In this document: positions 63,987 to 64,000 of the stretch, piece by piece
Position numbering within the stretch: the first letter of the stretch is position 1
Layout of the letters: each line of letters starts with the position of its first letter
Source of the DNA: Cirrosporium novae-zelandiae
Lineage: Eukaryota
Length of the DNA stretch: 64,000 bases
Assembly (NCBI GenBank): GCA_026023565.1
Contig: JAPETS010000014.1
Span: forward strand, 434,001-498,000
Reading direction: 5' to 3'
The notes under the pieces: generated by a model
Databases searched by the model: none
Told to the model about the DNA's origin: nothing
Seen by the model: only the letters and a program-made list of their open reading frames with translations
Made by a program: the position numbers and the translations under genes

Positions 63987-64000
63987 GGGAATCAAAAGAG

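Noticed and set aside
25000..64000. Starship-like giant element explaining the accessory genes
   Set aside because: No tyrosine recombinase or element boundary recognised, and conserved genes are interspersed.

Overview
Intron-containing fungal (filamentous ascomycete-type) nuclear DNA. The first ~25 kb is a dense block of conserved genes: DUF202 membrane protein, Ca/calmodulin kinase, VPS33, His-tRNA synthetase, alcohol acetyltransferase-like, TOS1-like, peflin, ChaC, a glycine-rich RRM protein and a conserved hypothetical. From ~25 kb on, conserved genes (PAS hybrid histidine kinase, SAM methyltransferase, D-2-hydroxyacid dehydrogenase, ZIP transporter, RidA/YjgF) alternate with accessory-looking DNA. 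That DNA holds F-box-like orphans, two PD-(D/E)XK-like ORFs, a small secreted 8-Cys protein, two pseudogenes with transition-type stops and AT-rich low-complexity islands. The most notable structure is a pair of related hAT-like MITEs bracketing a ~3.2 kb decayed gene, one copy apparently inside that gene's first intron. I saw no tRNA, rRNA, CRISPR, transposase or tyrosine recombinase. Exon boundaries and family calls were made by eye from motifs, without database searches.
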